Of a DNA stretch of 64,000 bases, positions 62,548 to 64,000 are shown in pieces. Source of the stretch: Camelus dromedarius (lineage: Eukaryota); assembly GCF_036321535.1 (NCBI RefSeq), contig NC_087447.1, positions 38,504,001 through 38,568,000 of the forward strand, read 5' to 3'. Below the pieces are notes generated by a model, which saw only the letters and a list, made by a program, of their open reading frames with translations, ran no database searches and was not told the origin of the DNA. The stretch's first letter is position 1, and each line of letters begins with the position of its first letter. A program made the translations under genes and the position numbers.

Positions 62548-64000
62548 TGGAGGTTTCCAAGGACCTGTTACTATCAGGCGTAAGGCCAGGAACAGGGCAG
62601 GGGCTACAGACACCAGTATCTCCCCTCAACCCATGAAGCTCTGCAGTTAGCTTGGAGAAAGCATCACCTGTCCCCACCGGGCTTCATTTTTTTTTTTTCT
62701 CCTAAAAATGAAAGGGATGAAATTCAAGTTCCCTTCTATTTGAAACACTCGACTTTAAAATTCAGTTCCAGAGAAAAGCAGGAGGCAAATGTGACTGGGT
62801 GAGCAAGTGAAAACTTTCAAATGCTCTTGTTAAGAACAGAGATTGTACCATCTTCCTAGATGCCGATTTGGTAATAGGTATTAAACGCCCTAGAAACGTA
62901 TGTACCTCTAGACCCAGAAATTCCTCTCAGGCATTCATCAAGGGTGGTTGCAGAGACGTGTGGACAAGGATGGCAATGCTGATAGTGCTATTGACAATTG
63001 TGAAATAAATGTGTGACAGTAAAGGCTGTGCCCTCTAAATCCCACACAGAAAGCCCCAGATTCCAGCTAACACATCCCAAGGCCGCCCCCACTCACGCTG
63101 GCCTGTCTGCAGCCTCTGCCTGCCACTGACTCTGACCGACTTCACAGCCACTAAAATCTGAACGTTATTTTTATGCCCAATACCATTTTCTGACCCTGTA
63201 ATTGTGCTCTTGTCCTTGGGCCCCAGTGTGGGCCTGAGGTTTTCCCCTCCACCATAAAGCATTGTAATCAGGAGAACTGATCTGACCTGCACTCTGAAGA
63301 AATCCACTGTATTACAGTGTGTTGGGTTGTGGGCGTTTGCTGTATTATCTTTAATGACTCCAGCTTTTGTCCTTTGACTTCAGGCTTTTTTCCACTCGTT
63401 TCTGTCTTCACTCTTAACAGCGCACACCCTTTTAACTCATAAATAACTTTCATCTTTTTAGATACCTGAAAGCCTGACACTTTGATCTCAAGGGACCTTC
63501 AGACCTATTTGTGATCAAATAGGAACAACTTCACTAAGGGCTCTGCAAAACTGATCAAGAAACAGCCACTTTTTTGAACTCTGTACAGCATCTATTAGAA
63601 GTATAATTTAGCCCCTGAATGAAATTTTTATATGTTCGTGATTTGTAAAGAGGGCAGATACACACTTTAGAAAAAGGCATCATTTCTAGCTACGTAGTAG
63701 GGGCACGTGGTGGGGCAGCTAAGTTAAGTGATAACATGCAGACCAAGCACCATGAACTTCCAGCCCTCTCGTTCACCGCTGAAGACATTTCAGTATCTCA
63801 GCGACCCCGGCCGGCAAGGACCATCCTGTAAACGTGTCATGTAGCCTGCTCCCTCTAGTGTTTCCAAGGATCCAAACATGCTTTCCTTTCCTTGTCATTT
63901 ATTGAAGGTAAAATAAATATTTAGTTCAGGAGTATCTTTAAACTCAGAATTTCGCTCTAAAATAATACATACAATTATTAGTAAAAGAAAGAAAGAAAAT

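Larger units (their letters stand above)
23535..64000 (-). other. SPON1: Part of the large SPON1 intron 6 (>40 kb); upstream exons lie outside the window
   Basis: No reeler or N-terminal spondin exon (e.g. ...EEEIRQQ) recognised; region dominated by interspersed repeats. Confidence 0.8.

Noticed and set aside
7..63480. Numerous 60-170 aa ORFs in the track outside SPON1 exons
   Set aside because: No recognisable domains, many start at TTG/GTG, and most overlap repeats or lie antisense to GC-rich exons; expected by chance

Overview
Mammalian genomic DNA, most likely from a camelid, judged from two tRNA-Ala-derived Vic-1-type SINEs. It holds the 3' part of SPON1 (F-spondin) on the minus strand: ten coding exons (orthologous numbering 7-16), all with GT-AG boundaries. 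They join into one open 1599-nt frame (532 aa + stop) encoding the C-terminal part of the spondin domain and six thrombospondin type-1 repeats. A ~2.1-kb 3' UTR with two AATAAA signals follows, then ~5 kb of downstream DNA. Bases 23535-64000 are part of the large intron 6, filled with L1, L2, MIR, MaLR/ERV LTRs and hAT DNA-transposon relics. I found no new multi-gene system, and almost all short ORFs in the track are noise. The most unusual features are small: a perfect 34-bp direct repeat bracketing exon 14, a perfect 19-bp hairpin inside a local duplication, a divergent pair of CTCF motifs, a candidate in-frame alternative exon just upstream of exon 7, and several complex transposon junctions. 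Repeat family names and ortholog comparisons come from memory, not from database searches.
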